The notes beneath the pieces were generated by a model. That model was not told the DNA's origin, did no database searches, and saw only the letters and a list, made by a program, of their open reading frames with translations. This document shows positions 38,773-51,849 of a DNA stretch of 64,000 nt, piece after piece. How positions within the stretch are numbered: the stretch's first letter is position 1; each line of letters begins with the position of its first letter. Origin of the DNA: Mustelus asterias (Eukaryota); contig NC_135801.1 in assembly GCF_964213995.1 (NCBI RefSeq), forward strand, positions 110,794,001-110,858,000, read 5' to 3'. A program made the translations under genes and the position numbers.

Positions 38773-39845
38773 ATGATTTGATTCGATTTATTATTGTCAC
38801 ATGTATTATCATACAGTGAAAAGTATTGTTTCCTGCGCGCTATACAGACAAAACATACCGTTCGTAGAGAAGGAAGCGAGAGAGTGTAGAATGTAGTGTT
38901 AGAGTCATAGCTAGGGTGTAGAGAAAGATCAACTTAAATGCAAGGTAAATCCATTCAAAAGTCTGACAGCAGCAGGGAAGAAGCTGTTCTTGAGTCAGTT
39001 GGTATGTGACCTCAGATTTTTGTATCTTTTTCCCGAAGGAAGAAGGTGGAAGAGAGAATGTCCAGGGTGCGTGGGGTCCTTAATTATGCTGGCTGGTTTG
39101 CCGAGGCAGTGGGAAGTGTAGACAGAGACAATGGATGGGAGGCTGGTTCAAGTGATGGATTGGGCTACATTCATGATGTTTTGTAGTTCCTTGCAGTTTT
39201 GGGCAGAGCAGGAGCCATACCCAGCTGTGATACAACCAGAAAGAATGCTTTCTATGGTGCATCTGTAAAAATTGGTGAGAGTCATAACTGACATGCCAAA
39301 TTTTCTTAGTCTTCTGAGAAAGTAGAGGCGTTGTTGGATTTTCTTAACCATAGTGTTGGCATGGGGGGGGATCCAGGACAGGTTTGTGTGTGATCTGCAC
39401 ACCTAAAAAAGTTGAAGCTCTCAACCCTTTCTACTTCGTCCCCATTGATGTAGACAGGGGCATGTGCTCCTTTACGCTTCCTGAAGTCGATGACAATCTC
39501 CTTCTTTTTGTTGACATTGAGGGAGAGATTATTGTTGCTGCACCAGTTCACCAGATTCTCTATCTCATTCCTGTACTCTGTCTCGTCATTGTTTGAGATC
39601 CGACCCACTACGGTGGTGTCGTCAGCAAACTTGAAAATTGTATTGGAGGGGAATTTGGCCACACAGTCATAGGAGGATAAGGAGTATCGTAGGGGGCTGA
39701 GAACACAGCCTTGTGGGGCACCAGTGTTGAGATTGATCGTGAGGAGGTGTTGTTGTCTATCCTTACTGATTACGGTCTGCGAGTTAGGAAGTTCAGGATC
39801 CAGTCGCAGAGGGAGGTGCCGAGGCCCAGGCCATGGAGTTGGAGA
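38773..39845 (-). mobile_element. Rex1/Babar-like LINE fragment (RT C-terminus and 3' UTR)
   Basis: [24 protein letters not shown]...[18 protein letters not shown] and QQRLYFLRRLRKFGM...FYRCTIESILS. Confidence 0.92.
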
Positions 39846-39955
39846 TCTATGTCATTTAATATTTTATATACTCTCATGAGGTTACCCTCAAGTTCCTTTT
39901 TGCTGGGCCACAATACCTTCATAAGCTTTTGCACTTGGCAACAGTCACACCCTTC

Positions 39956-40252
39956 GTGGCACAGTGGTTAGCACTGCTGCCTCACAGCGCCAGGACCCAG
40001 GTTCGAATCCCAACTTGGGTCACTGTCGGTGCGGAGTATGCATGTTCTCCCCATGTCTGCATGGGTTTCCTCTGGGTCCTCAGGGTTCCTCCCACAGTCC
40101 GAAAGACATGCTGGTCAGGTGCATTGGCTATGCTAAATTCTCCCTCAGTGTACCCGAATAGGCGCCAGAGTGTGGTAACTAGGGGATTTTCACAGCAACT
40201 TCATTGCAGTGTCAAAGTAAGTCTACTTTGATACTAATAAATAAACTTTAAA
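39956..40252 (+). mobile_element. V-SINE (non-CR1 tail type)
   Basis: gtggcacagtggttagcactgctgcctcacagc, B box ggttcgaatccc, V domain, shared tail. Confidence 0.9.
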
Positions 40253-40374
40253 CCTTCTTAACTTGAGCAAATCATTTTTGAACCAAGTATTAGTCTATGT
40301 ATGATCTGATCAGTGCAATGTGAAATCGGTGGTCTCATTGGCTATTGTAAAAACCTCCGTGGATTTATGTTGCA

Positions 40375-40653
40375 GGGCAGCACAGTGGTTAGCACTGCTG
40401 CCTCACAGCGCCATGGACCTAGGTTCGATTCCCAGCTCGGGTTACTGTCTGTGTGGAGTTTGCACGTTCTCCCCGTGTCTGCGTGGGTTTCCTCCGGGTG
40501 CTCCTGTTTCCTCCCACATTCTGAAAGACGTGCTGGTTAAGTGCATTGACCCGAACAGGCGCTGGACTGTGGCGACTGGGGGAATTTCACAGTAACTTCA
40601 TTGCAGTGTTAATGTAAGCCTTACTTGTGACTAATAAATAAAACTTTACTTTT
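40375..40653 (+). mobile_element. V-SINE (non-CR1 tail type)
   Basis: Same head, V domain and tail as 39956-40252. Confidence 0.9.
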
Positions 40654-42194
40654 CCATGTTTCTGACTGTAGGAATCCTTTTAATTAACTTTTATAATTGC
40701 ATTGTCACATTTTTGTTTTTTTCCTAAAATTTCAAAGTCGATTTTGATCAACTATTACCGCAGAATACCCTTCCAAGTCTCCCTCTGCTAATCTAATTCC
40801 ATTTGTTGTATACTTTATTGCACTATTTTTCACAATCCAGAGCAATACTTCACATTTATCAGTATTAAGTGTGTATGATCAGTTAGCCTGACAGCCAGAC
40901 TGAAGAGCTTTTGTCCAAGAAGTGTGATCAGTGAAGCTGGATGTGTCTTGATGTGACACACCAGACGGGTTTGTATACTCTATGCTTAGGGACCCATTTT
41001 GAACTCTATGCTTTATTCAACCTTTCCACAAAGTTAAATGAAATCAATATAGGATTATAATTCAGTTCACTTAGAATTTTCCTTTTGTTTCAACGTTGCC
41101 TAGTGAATAGTAAAAACAACAGGTCTTTTGAATCAAATAATGATTTATTGTCCTATTTAGTCACAGTGTCTTTATCATGAAGCCCGTTGATAATGTGACA
41201 GTTTGTAGATTTGCAATGCAGATAGTCATTTTTACATTGGGCAGAAATGGTCGGTTGTTATTTTGTAAATTAAAGCCTAGTGGTATTTTAGCTACAGGTG
41301 TTTTGGGTTTCTTTGAAATTCCTGAAGATATAATTTGGCACTGCATGTCACTAACAGTGGTCAATACTGGATTTCTGTTCATGAAGCAGGTTTCTTTCTC
41401 ACAAGACCCCACTGATCGATTATGAATAAAACTGCAGAGATCAATTCCCTTGTTTTTGTGCCTTCCAGGGACATATAATTACCAAATAACCTATTTTAAG
41501 CATTTGCAATACAAAGTAACTGATATTCATGGAATTAAAATAATTCTATTTTGTTATTTAATTACTGTAGCATTGTCTTTCATGCTGTTTTATTTAAATG
41601 TATAATCTTTACAATGTGGGATCAGTGGAGGCCCAGAACCATGTTTGCAAGGATTGTATGGAACCAAAGACTTATTTAGAATTCTTGTCATCCTGGTTGA
41701 GGTTATTTACCAACACAGCAACTTGAGAAGATGGATGATAAGGAAGAAAATATGTTAATCCATCGCAGAAACTTTTATGAGGCTGGGAGGAGGAAAGATT
41801 TGGTGCCAGAACTTGGCATGTCACCTGAGAGAAGTTCCAAGAGTCAAAAGGCACGCAAATCATAAGCACACATAAACCAAAGCTATGATGCACCAACTAT
41901 ACCTAAAGATTATCTTCCCATTTCCTTGCTCACAGCAATGCCTGTGAGATCAAGAGATCCCACATTTGACAGGTATCCCTGGGCACAGACCCAGGTGTGC
42001 AAGAAACTCTTGTTCAGAGCCAAAAACCACAGTTCCTTCGCTACAGAACGGTCACAAATTAGACTTGTAGCAAGATCGATCAGGACCAGATTCATATTGG
42101 AATTACACATAAATGCTACCATAAATCCCAAAGTGACCAATAGCATAGGAAGAAACAGAAACTCCTAATATCAAGCATTTCAGTAGCTAGATCA

Positions 42195-42520
42195 GAGGCC
42201 AGTTGAAAGTGCTTTGCAACTGAAGGGCTACTTGTAATTATGGTCACTCTTGTATTGTAGGAAAAGCAGCTGTCAGTTTGCACACAGTCGGATCGAACAC
42301 ATAGCAAAATGATAACATCCAATTAAACTGTTTTTGTGATATTAGCAGAGGGAGAATGTTTGACCAGGAAACTGTGGAGGATTCGCCTGATCTTTTTTGA
42401 ATGGTGCTGCGAATTTTTACATCCATCTGAGCAGGGCAGGCAAACAGGGTTTGATGCATCATCCATAAGACCTCCTCAGTGTTGAACTGGAGTCTCAGCC
42501 TTGAGCTTAGCTTTCAGTGC
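42195..42520 (-). mobile_element. DeuSINE (SacSINE1/AmnSINE1-related) remnant
   Basis: ggtcactcttgtattgtaggaaaagcagctgtcagtttgcacacag...tgtttttgtgatattagcagaggga...tttttacatccatctgagcagggcag resembles the recalled reverse-complemented Deu domain. Confidence 0.6.
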
Positions 42521-43656
42521 ATTGGGTGGATCTGAAAAGTGGAATTGGAGTGTGGAATGTCAAAGGAATCAAACGCTTTCAGAAAATATTAACTTTTTTA
42601 AAAAAGCCTCCTTTAGCAGACGAGTGGCCCAGATGTGCCAGAGTGCAGATGTGGGAATCTCCTCCTGATCCCAGAAGGTCCTTCAGGTTCAGCGACAAAG
42701 GTTCCGAAAGCTTTTCAGCACCAAAGGTTGTACACAAAGAATAACAATAATAGTTAGAGGGGTTCCTAATATGACAAACATTCCAGAATGCTGCTTCTCT
42801 TTTTACAAGGCAAACTTTGTTGAATCACAGTTCATTCAGGGACAGACCTAACAAGTTAATTGTAAGATAGATCCATTAAAAATGAATACTGCAGATATGG
42901 GTATGCTTTTACTGATGTTTCTTCCATTTACAATTTTCAATTCTTGATGGGCATTTGTCTCAAAATAATAATACATTCAAACCTGAGGCATTGCTGAGTA
43001 ACTCAAGCAAATCATACTTTTATGGGACTAACCCAACAGCAACATTCTTTGACCAGCAAAAGAGCAGCGTTCTAAATTAATAGGAGGCAACAAGAAAAGC
43101 CTTTGAAAGAAATACAGTATGTGCTGTGAAAAGAAGGCTTATTTCATGGAGGTTGCAGAATACAAGACACCCTGAATAACTGTATTCAGAGCAGAAATAC
43201 TCTACCATTGTACAAATGCATTTAGTGTGCTCAGCTGCACTTTTACAGGAAGGTAACCGGGTGGTCCAAATACAACATATTTATTCATATCATGAAAAAC
43301 AAGACCACCAAAACATGACTGCAGTCCTCAGAGGATAGGGTTGTAAGGAATTAGTTGCTTCATTTGTCTGGAAAGCATAATAGCAGCTGATGTCACAATC
43401 CAAAAAGCTGCTAGTGCTTTTCAGCTGCTAAGGAGACTTAATAGGATCACAGGAGATCCAGAGGAACTCATTCCTATCTGCCTTCTCTATGGCACTCAAA
43501 GCCAATTAAACAAGATACAATGTAGACATTGCTTAGAAAGAATGAAGGATACAAGATGGCAATGCCAGGTACGGATATCATTGTACAGCACTAGTTGAAG
43601 AACAAGCTGAGCAGCGACATTAACATGGACACATCATGAAGAAACTCACTGAATAG

Positions 43657-43935
43657 CATAAGAACATCAGAAACAGGAGCATGAGTAGACCATACAGCAC
43701 ATTGAGCCTTCTTTGCCATTCAATATGATCACGTCCGAAATTCAGCTTCAACTTCACTTTGCCAATTGCTCCCCATATTCCTTGATTTTCGGAGAGGCCA
43801 AAAATCCATCTATCACAACCTGCACTGCTGGAGCATCCATAACCCACCAGGGTAGAGAACTGTAAAGATTCTCAACTCAGAGAAGAAATATATTCTCTAA
43901 TAAGTCCTAAATGATCAGCCCTTATTGGGAGACTG
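43657..43935 (-). mobile_element. Decayed CR1 3' end
   Basis: cataagaacatcagaaacaggagcatgagtagaccat...ccattcaatatgatca. Confidence 0.65.
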
Positions 43936-44125
43936 TGTCCATTCACCAGCATTTTAACTTTCTTGCGGCCCCGCTGCCTCTTGCTCCTCAGGCCCTTGTT
44001 CCTTCTGGCTCTGTCCACCTGCGATGGATCCTGCTTCTTGTCATCTGGATAAAAGCCATTTCCAATGCAGGGTTTCATGCAGCATGCTTCATAGAGGCCT
44101 CAGTGGATGTGTGAATGAATTGAAT

Positions 44126-44329
44126 TGGGTTTCCTTGGGTGCTCCAGTTACCTCCCACGGTCCAAAGGTGTGCAGATTAGGCTGATTGGCCATGCTAAGT
44201 TTCCCCTTAGTGTCGGCAATATTAGTAGGGTAAATACATGGTGTTACAGGTTAGGGCCCGGATGGGATTGTTGTCAGAGTAGCCTCGATGGACCGAGTGG
44301 CCTCCTTCTGCACTGTAGGGATTCTATGG
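44126..44329 (+). mobile_element. 5'-truncated HE1-type SINE
   Basis: V-domain end tgggtttccttgggtgctccagttacctcccac and CR1-like tail ctcgatggaccgagtggcctccttctgcactgtagggattctatg. Confidence 0.8.
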
Positions 44330-44851
44330 CACATTAAGAGAGAATATTCTTCACGGGTTTCTCTCCATCTCAAAACCAGCATGCAAGTGCTAAGCCTTTT
44401 ACCTGGCCTCCTTGTAGACATGGCTTCACAGTCACACCCTTTCCAGGTAAAGACACCATGGAGAACCAGAGATGGGTGTTTCTCCTGTTCATACATGACT
44501 GCACATGGAGAGCTTGCCCTTTGATCAAAGCTCTGTGAACCATGTGAAAGAAGCCTCCCCGACACTATTTCACTTGCCTCCACAATCCTCAAATTTTGAG
44601 AGAGAGAAACCATGGTCTTTCTATGCTGCCAAGGCCAAATTGTGCGCCCTTGTCAGCCGTGACCATTCACCTGGCAGAATGGAGGTGTGAAGTTGCAAGT
44701 TCACAACCATCTACCACCATATCCCTTGGAGGCATCCATCTCTCATCATCCCTGCCTCTGACTTCAGCAGATGACAAATGGCAGAGAATGAACGGTAGCT
44801 CCACACCTTGCTGGGATCTCAATGTTATGATCCATGAGTCAGGAACAAACC

Positions 44852-46075
44852 TAGAACATAACAGCGCAGTACAGGCCCTTCGGCCCTCGATGTTGCGCCG
44901 ACCAGTGAAACCAATCTAAAGCCCATCTAACCTACACTATTCCAATATCATCCATATGTTTATCCAATGAACATTTAAATGCCCTTAATGTTGGCGAGTC
45001 CACTACTACTGCAGGCAGGGCATTCCACGCCCTTACTACTCTCTGAGTGAAGAATCTACCTCTGACATCTGTCCTATATCTATCACCCCTCAATTTAAAG
45101 CTAAGTTCCCTCGTGCTAGCTATCACCATCCGAGGAAAAAGGCTCTCACTATCCACCCTATCTAATCCTCTGATCATCTTGTATGCCTCTATTAAGTCAC
45201 CTCTTAACCTTCTTCTCTCTAACGAAAACAACCTCAAGTCCCTCAGCCTTTCCTCATAAGACCTTCCCACCATACCAGGCAATATCCTAGTAAATCTCCT
45301 CTGCACCCTTTCCAATGCTTCCACATCCTTCCTATAATGCAGTGACCAGAACTGTACACAATACTCCAGGTGCGGCCGCACCAGAGTTTTGTACAGCTGC
45401 AACATGACCTCCTGGCTCCGAAACTCAATCCCTCTACCAATAAAAGCTAACACTCTGTACGCCTTCTTAACAACCCTATCAACCTGGGTGCCAACTTTCA
45501 GGGATCTATGCACATGGACACCGAGATCTCTCTGTTCATCCACACTACCAAGTATCTTACCATTAGCCCAGTACTCTGTAATCCTGTTACTCCTTCCAAA
45601 AGTGAATCACCTCACACTTTTCCACATTGAACTCCATTTGCCACCTCTCAGCCCAGCACTGCAGCTTATCGATGTCCCTCTGTAACCTGCAACAACCTTC
45701 CACACTGTCCTCAACTCCACCGACTTTAGTGTCATCCGCAAATTTACTAACCCATCCTTCTATGCCCTCATCCAGGTCATTTATAAAAATGACAAACAGC
45801 AGTGGCCCCAAAACAGATCCTTGCGGTACACCACTAGTAACTGAACTCCAGGATGAACATTTCCCATCAACCACCACCCTCTGTCTTCTTACAGCTAGCC
45901 AATTCCTGATCCAAACCGCGAAATCACCCTCAATCCCATGCCTCCATATCTTCTGCAATAGCTTACCATGGGGAACCTTATCAAATGCTTTACTGAAATC
46001 CATATACACCACATCAACTGCTTTAACCTCATCCACCTCTTTGGTCACCTTCTCAAAGAACTCAATAAGGTTTCT
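44852..46075 (-). mobile_element. Young 5'-truncated CR1 LINE (RT)
   Basis: ORFs 45587..46048 and 44932..45543 (one frameshift) carry [29 protein letters not shown]. Confidence 0.95.
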
Positions 46076-46699
46076 GAGTGGTCATGCAATGAGTGGCTGC
46101 AATGTGATCTTCATCATAGAGAGAGAGAAGAACACAACTGAGCATCTTTGACACTCAGTTGTCTCGTAATTATTAGAGTGTCCTTTTAGTCGGCTGGTTA
46201 TGCTGACCGTGAACTCCACCCACACAAAAATACCCTCCTCCCACCTCGAGGAATCTCACTGACTGACCAACAGTGTGGTCAAGGTCACATTTGAAAAATG
46301 GTGTGCGTACCATTTCTGATTCACTCCACCATCTTCTGTCCTCCCCGTCACCCACCAACTTCCCCCTACCATTGTGGAACATCCAATATCACCATTCATC
46401 TCCCCTCTGTCTCCCCTCTTGAACCTCCTCGAGTTACTCTCGACCCAATCACCTTCAAATGGATTTCCTCCTCTCAGAGTCAACACTTGTACGTCCCCAT
46501 GTTGACCCTGCCCCCTCCTGTTATCCAAGTCATCTGTCTAGTTACCTTCTGTGATATACCAAATGGGACCTACCCGACTCTCACTCTGGACTTGCCACCC
46601 TGCTGCATCTCCCTCCACCACCGTCCTCTCACTTCCACTTCCTCGGGCACTCTCTTGCCCTCCCAGTTAATCGAAACCTAATCTTAGCACATCACACGT

Positions 46700-47000
46700 A
46701 CATCCATGCATTTATTTCTCCAGCTTGCTTAATCCTATGCCAATTGGTGCATGATTTAGGTATTAATCCAGAGATTACCACCTTTGATGTTGTGGGTTTG
46801 GACCCTAACTACTCAAACTCAAATATTCTCAGCAGGACATCATTCCTCATTCTACTGATGCCATTCATCCCTACATGGACAAAACCATGGATCCTTCTAC
46901 TACCACTCCAAAGTTGGCTCTTGGTAGGAGGGGATGTCCTTAACCCTAGCACTAGGCAGGCAATACAAATTTTATGGCTGATGATCCTGCTCCCCCACAT
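46700..47000 (-). mobile_element. Decayed CR1 ORF1 esterase remnant
   Basis: ORF 46809..47003 has FVHVGMNGISRMRNDVL, resembling VHIGTNDVGRKSEEVL. Confidence 0.55.
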
Positions 47001-48470
47001 CACTACCAGATTGCTTTATGCTACTCCTCCCTTCCATTGAATGGAATCTTTCCCCCATCGTGCGTACAGGACTGGGATGTGGGCAACAGTAGATGGAGGG
47101 AAGGGAACTTCCTACATTGGAGAAGTGAGACTGATAGAGATGTGGAGCTAATAATCACAGGCTGGAATGAGGTTTTGAAGATAAAGAAGGTGAATGCATG
47201 TCTGGAAAGATGGGCTCCAAGCTCTGCAATAAACTTAGTGCTGGTTTGGCGACAGACTCCCCCATCCTCCATAACAATGACAACAAGCAATTTGGCAAGT
47301 CTGCCAATGCAGCAAGCATTTTGGTCTGCATGTCCATCGGCCTTTGTTTGTACCTCGCCTCATCAAAGTCCCCACTGAGTTATGATGTGACAGGATTAAT
47401 TAATGACCTCAGAGTGAAGGCACCCTAGGTAGCAGCGACCACAATATGATTGAATTTTACATCCAGTTTGAAAGGGTGAAGAGTGAATCTAGGACTGGTG
47501 TTTTAAATTTAAATAAGAGGAACTATGTGGGCATGAAAGCTGAGCCAACTAAAGTGAACTGGGATACTAGGCTAGAGGATTGGTAATAGAGAAGCAGTGA
47601 CAGACATTGAAGGGGATATTTCACAATATTCAGTACAAGTATATTCCCACTATGAAGTAACAATTTAAGGAGAGGACCTATCATCATGGTCAACTAAAGA
47701 AGTTAAAGAAAACATCAAATGCAAGGGAAAAGCATATCACTGTGCAAAGATGAGTGGCAGGACAGATGATTCATCAGAATATAAAAGGACATCAGAGAAC
47801 GATTAAAAGGTAAAATAAATTAGGGTAGGAGTGGAAGTTAGCTGGAAACCAGATAGCAAGAGTTTCGACAGGTAATTAAAAAGGAAAGCAGTAAAGCGAG
47901 TGTTGGCCATCTAGAGTGTGACAATGGAGAGCTAATAGTAGATAATAAGGAAATGGCGGATGAAATGAACAAATATTTTGCTCCTGTCTTCACCAAAAAG
48001 GATACAAAACACATTCCAGTAAAAGCTACAAATCAGGAAGTGGAGGGGAAAGCAGAACTTGGTGAAATTGCAATCACCAGGGAAGCTGTACTGAAGAAAC
48101 TGGTGGAGTTGCAGGCTGACAGGTTTCTGGGTCCTGATGGACTCCATCTTTCGGGTGTAAAAAGGTGGCGAATGTGGTAGTAGATGTGATGTTAATTTTC
48201 CAAAATTTGTTAGATTCTAGAAAGGTTCCATTGAACTGGAAAGTAGCAAATATAATCCTTCTATTCAGGAAGAGAGGGAAGCAGAAAACAGGAAAGTACA
48301 GGCCAGTTAGCTTGATGTCTATCAAGGGGCATGTCTCTGGGGCGGTCATCAAGAAGGTTATAGCTGGACTCTTAGAAAAACTCAAGGTACTTGTGAAGAG
48401 TCAGTATGGTTTTGTGAATTTTACATTCAGTTTGAGGGAGAGAAGAGTGTGTATCCAAGACTTGTATTTC

Positions 48471-48884
48471 AAACTACAAAAGGTCGTGAATGTAGCCCAA
48501 TCCATCACTCAAACCAGCTTCCCATCCATTGTCTTTGCTTACACTTCCCCCTGCCTTGGCAAAGCAGCCAGCATAATTAAGGATCCCATGCACCCAGACA
48601 TTCTCCCTTCCACCTTCTTCCATCAGGAAAAAGATACAAAAGTCTGAGGTCACATACCAACCGACTCAAGAACAGCTTCTTCCCTGCTGCCATCAGACTT
48701 TTGAATGGACCAACCTTGCATTATGTTGATCTTTCTCTACCCTAGCTATGACTGTAACACTACATTCTGCACTCTCTCGTTTCCTTCTCTATGAACGGTA
48801 TGCTTTGTCTATATAGCGTGCAAGAAACAATACTTTTCACTGTATGCTAATAAATGTGACAATAATAAATGAAACCAAACCAAA
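48471..48884 (+). mobile_element. Rex1/Babar-like LINE 3' end
   Basis: LQKVVNVAQSITQ...KAASIIKDP.HP; 3' UTR is the reverse complement of 38773-39190. Confidence 0.88.
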
Positions 48885-50149
48885 AAATTCCAAGGGAAGG
48901 GCCCATCATTCATGGTTAACTAAAAAAGTTAAAGACACTACTAAGCATAACAAAAAAGCATTTATTTGCTCAAAGACTGCTGGCAGATCAGAAGATTGGA
49001 AAGAACATGAGGAATATCAAAGACTGACAAAAAGATTGTTTAGGAGGGAAAACCTGCGTATGAGAGAAAGTAACAAACATAAATTGTAAGAGTTTCTATA
49101 GATATTTTAAAAAGAAAAAATTAAAGTGAACATTGGTCCTTTAGAAAGTGCATCTGAGGAATTACTAATGGAAAGTTGGACTATAGCAGATGAATTGAAC
49201 AGGTATTTTGCATCTGTTTTTATTATAGAGGACACAAGTAACACCTCAGAATAGCAATCAGGAAAATTAAAATCACGAGGGAAGTAAATGGTATTGAGTA
49301 AATGGTTGGGTCTGTGCTGACAAGTCTCTGAGGCCAGACAGACTTCACTCTTAGATCTTGAAAGAAATGGCTAATGAGATAGTTGATGCATTGGTTTTAT
49401 TTTTCCAAAATTCCCTAGATTCAGAGATGGGTTATTAGATTGGAAGATAGCAAATGCAACTCATTTCTTCAAAAAGGGAGACAGAAGCCAGGAAACTACA
49501 GGCCAGTTAGCATAGGAAAAACGTTAGAAGCCATTATTAAAGATTCAAACACTTGCAAATATTCAAGGCAATCAAGCAGAATCAACATGGTTTTGTGAAA
49601 AGGAAATCATCTTTAATTTATTAGAGTTCTTTGAAGAAGTCAAAGGCACATGCTGTGGATAAAGGGGAACCAGTGGATGTACTGTACTTAGATGACCAAT
49701 TATCATCACAACGACAGGCAGAGGGACAAGCTGGTGGGCTAAACAAAATGGAGAATGGAAGGCAATGGCAAGACCAAGGGGTGGAAGGTGGACCCCAACA
49801 AATTTGCATGAAAATCTCCCACACAAGAGGTGGAGGGGGGGGGGGGGGTCAAAGGGGATAAAACATCACATACAGTTGCTGTGCATAATTAATGAGGTTT
49901 CAAGCGCAGAATCTGACACACGATCCCACTATTCCAGCCAATGGGAATGGTGCCACCAGAGCCACCCGCCACAGCACTTAGTCTCAGAAACTGAGAATTC
50001 TACCTTTAAAGTATCAAAAACAGAAACCACAAGAATTTGACACCTCTTCATCACAAAACAGATCCAGGAAAAAAAGCTGTCAATCAAGCATCATTTTGCC
50101 TTGTGAGCAGCTGTTTCAACAAACTACTGGAAGTCTGAATTCTCAACAA

Positions 50150-50390
50150 ATTAGATGAGGTCAGTGATAGTCATGAAGAAAATGGATTGATGTATGGTGG
50201 TGATGTCACGGTCCATGGGAAGGTAGGAGGAAGTGTCGGAGAATTGGCATTCAGCATCTGCAAAGTGGAGGTCAGATAACAAAAGCACAACCTTGTAAGC
50301 ATGTTTCATAACAATATTAGTGTTGAGTCTGAAAGCACAGAGTTTAGAGAGAGGTGGGTTTAAGAGAAAGGTGTGAGGAGACCAAGAGCT
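50150..50390 (-). mobile_element. Decayed Penelope RT fragment
   Basis: ORF 50151..50429 has IVMKHAYK.VV...DAECQFSDTSSYLPMDRD.TT.HQ, resembling Penelope IIKPADKG.AVV...AERQLSDTSSY. Confidence 0.6.
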
Positions 50391-50467
50391 CACAACATAT
50401 AGAAGGCATCTGATAAATTGCCACATCAAAGGTTATCATGGAAAATAAAAGCTCATGTTATAGGGCT

Positions 50468-51849
50468 AACATAGAACATAGAACATAGAACAGTACAGCA
50501 CAGAACAGGCCCTTCGGCCCACGATGTTGTGCCGAGCTTTATCTGAAACCAAGATCAAGCTATCCCACTCCCTATCATCCTGGTGTGCTCCATGTGCCTA
50601 TCCAATAACCGCTTAAATGTTTCTAAAGTGTCCGACTCCACTATCACTGCAGGCAGTCCATTCCACACCCCAACCACTCTCTGCGTAAAGAACCTACCTC
50701 TGATATCCGTCCTGTATCTCCCACCACGAACCCTATAGTTATGCCCCCTTGTAATAGCTCCATCCACCCGAGGAAATAGTCTTTGAACGTCCACTCTATC
50801 TATCCCCTTCATCATTTTATACACCTCTATTAAGTCTCCCCTCAGCCTCCTCCGCTCCAGAGAGAACAGCCCGAGCTCCCTCAACCTTTCCTCATATGAC
50901 CTACCCTCCAAACCAGGCAGCATCCTGGTAAATCTCCTCTGCACTCTTTCCAGCGCTTCCACATCCTTCTTATAGTGAGGTGACCAGAACTGCACACAAT
51001 ATTCCAAATGTGGTCTCACCAAGGTCCTGTACAGTTGCAGCATAACCCCACGGCTCTTAAACTCCAACCCCTTGTTAATAAAAGCTAACACACTTCTTCA
51101 CAGCTCTATCCACTTGAGTGGCAACCTTTAGAGATCTGTGGATATGGACCCCAAGATCTCTCTGTTCCTCCACAGTCTTCAGAACCCTACCTTTGACCCT
51201 GTAATCCACATTTAAATTTGTCCTACCAAAATGAATCACCTCACATTTATCAGGGTTAAACTCCATTTGCCATTTTTCAGCCCAGCTTTGCATCCTATCT
51301 ATGTCTCTTTGCAGCCTACAACACCCCTCCACCTCATCCACTACTCCACCAATCTTGGTGTCATCAGCAAATTTACTGATCCACCCTTCAGCCCCCTCCT
51401 CTAAGTCATTAATAAAAATCACAAAGAGCAGAGGACCAAGCACTGATCCCTGCGGCACACCGCTAGCAACCTGCCTCCAATCCGAAAATTTTCCATCGAC
51501 CACCACCCTCTGTCTTCGGTCAGACAGCCAGTTACCTATCCAATCGGCCAACTTTCCCTCTATCCCACACCTCCTCACTTTCATCATAAGCCGACCATGG
51601 GGGACCTTATCAAACGCCTTACTAAAATCCATGTATATGACATCAACTGCCCTACCTTCATCAACACACTTAGTTACCTCCTCAAAAAATTCTATCAAAT
51701 TTGTGAGGCACGACTTGCCCTTCACGAATCCGTGCTGACTATCTCGGATTAATCCGCATCTTTCTAAATGGTCGTAAATCCCATCCCTAAGGACCCTTTC
51801 CATCAATTTACCAACCACCGAAGTAAGACTAACCGGTCTATAATTACCA
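50468..51849 (-). mobile_element. Young 5'-truncated CR1 LINE, same subfamily as 3877-5915
   Basis: ORFs 51075..51899 and 50555..51091; (ATAGAAC)n tail; near-identical to 3877-5420. Confidence 0.95.

Noticed and set aside
39956-40030. tRNA genes at SINE heads (also 11870-11946, 34814, 40375, 53877, 56650)
   Set aside because: A and B boxes run directly into the V domain and LINE-like tails; these are SINE heads, not cloverleaf tRNAs.
45627-46151. Long antisense ORFs such as 45627..46151, 51301..51738, 25009..25557, 54998..55411
   Set aside because: Shadow frames opposite CR1 coding sequence.
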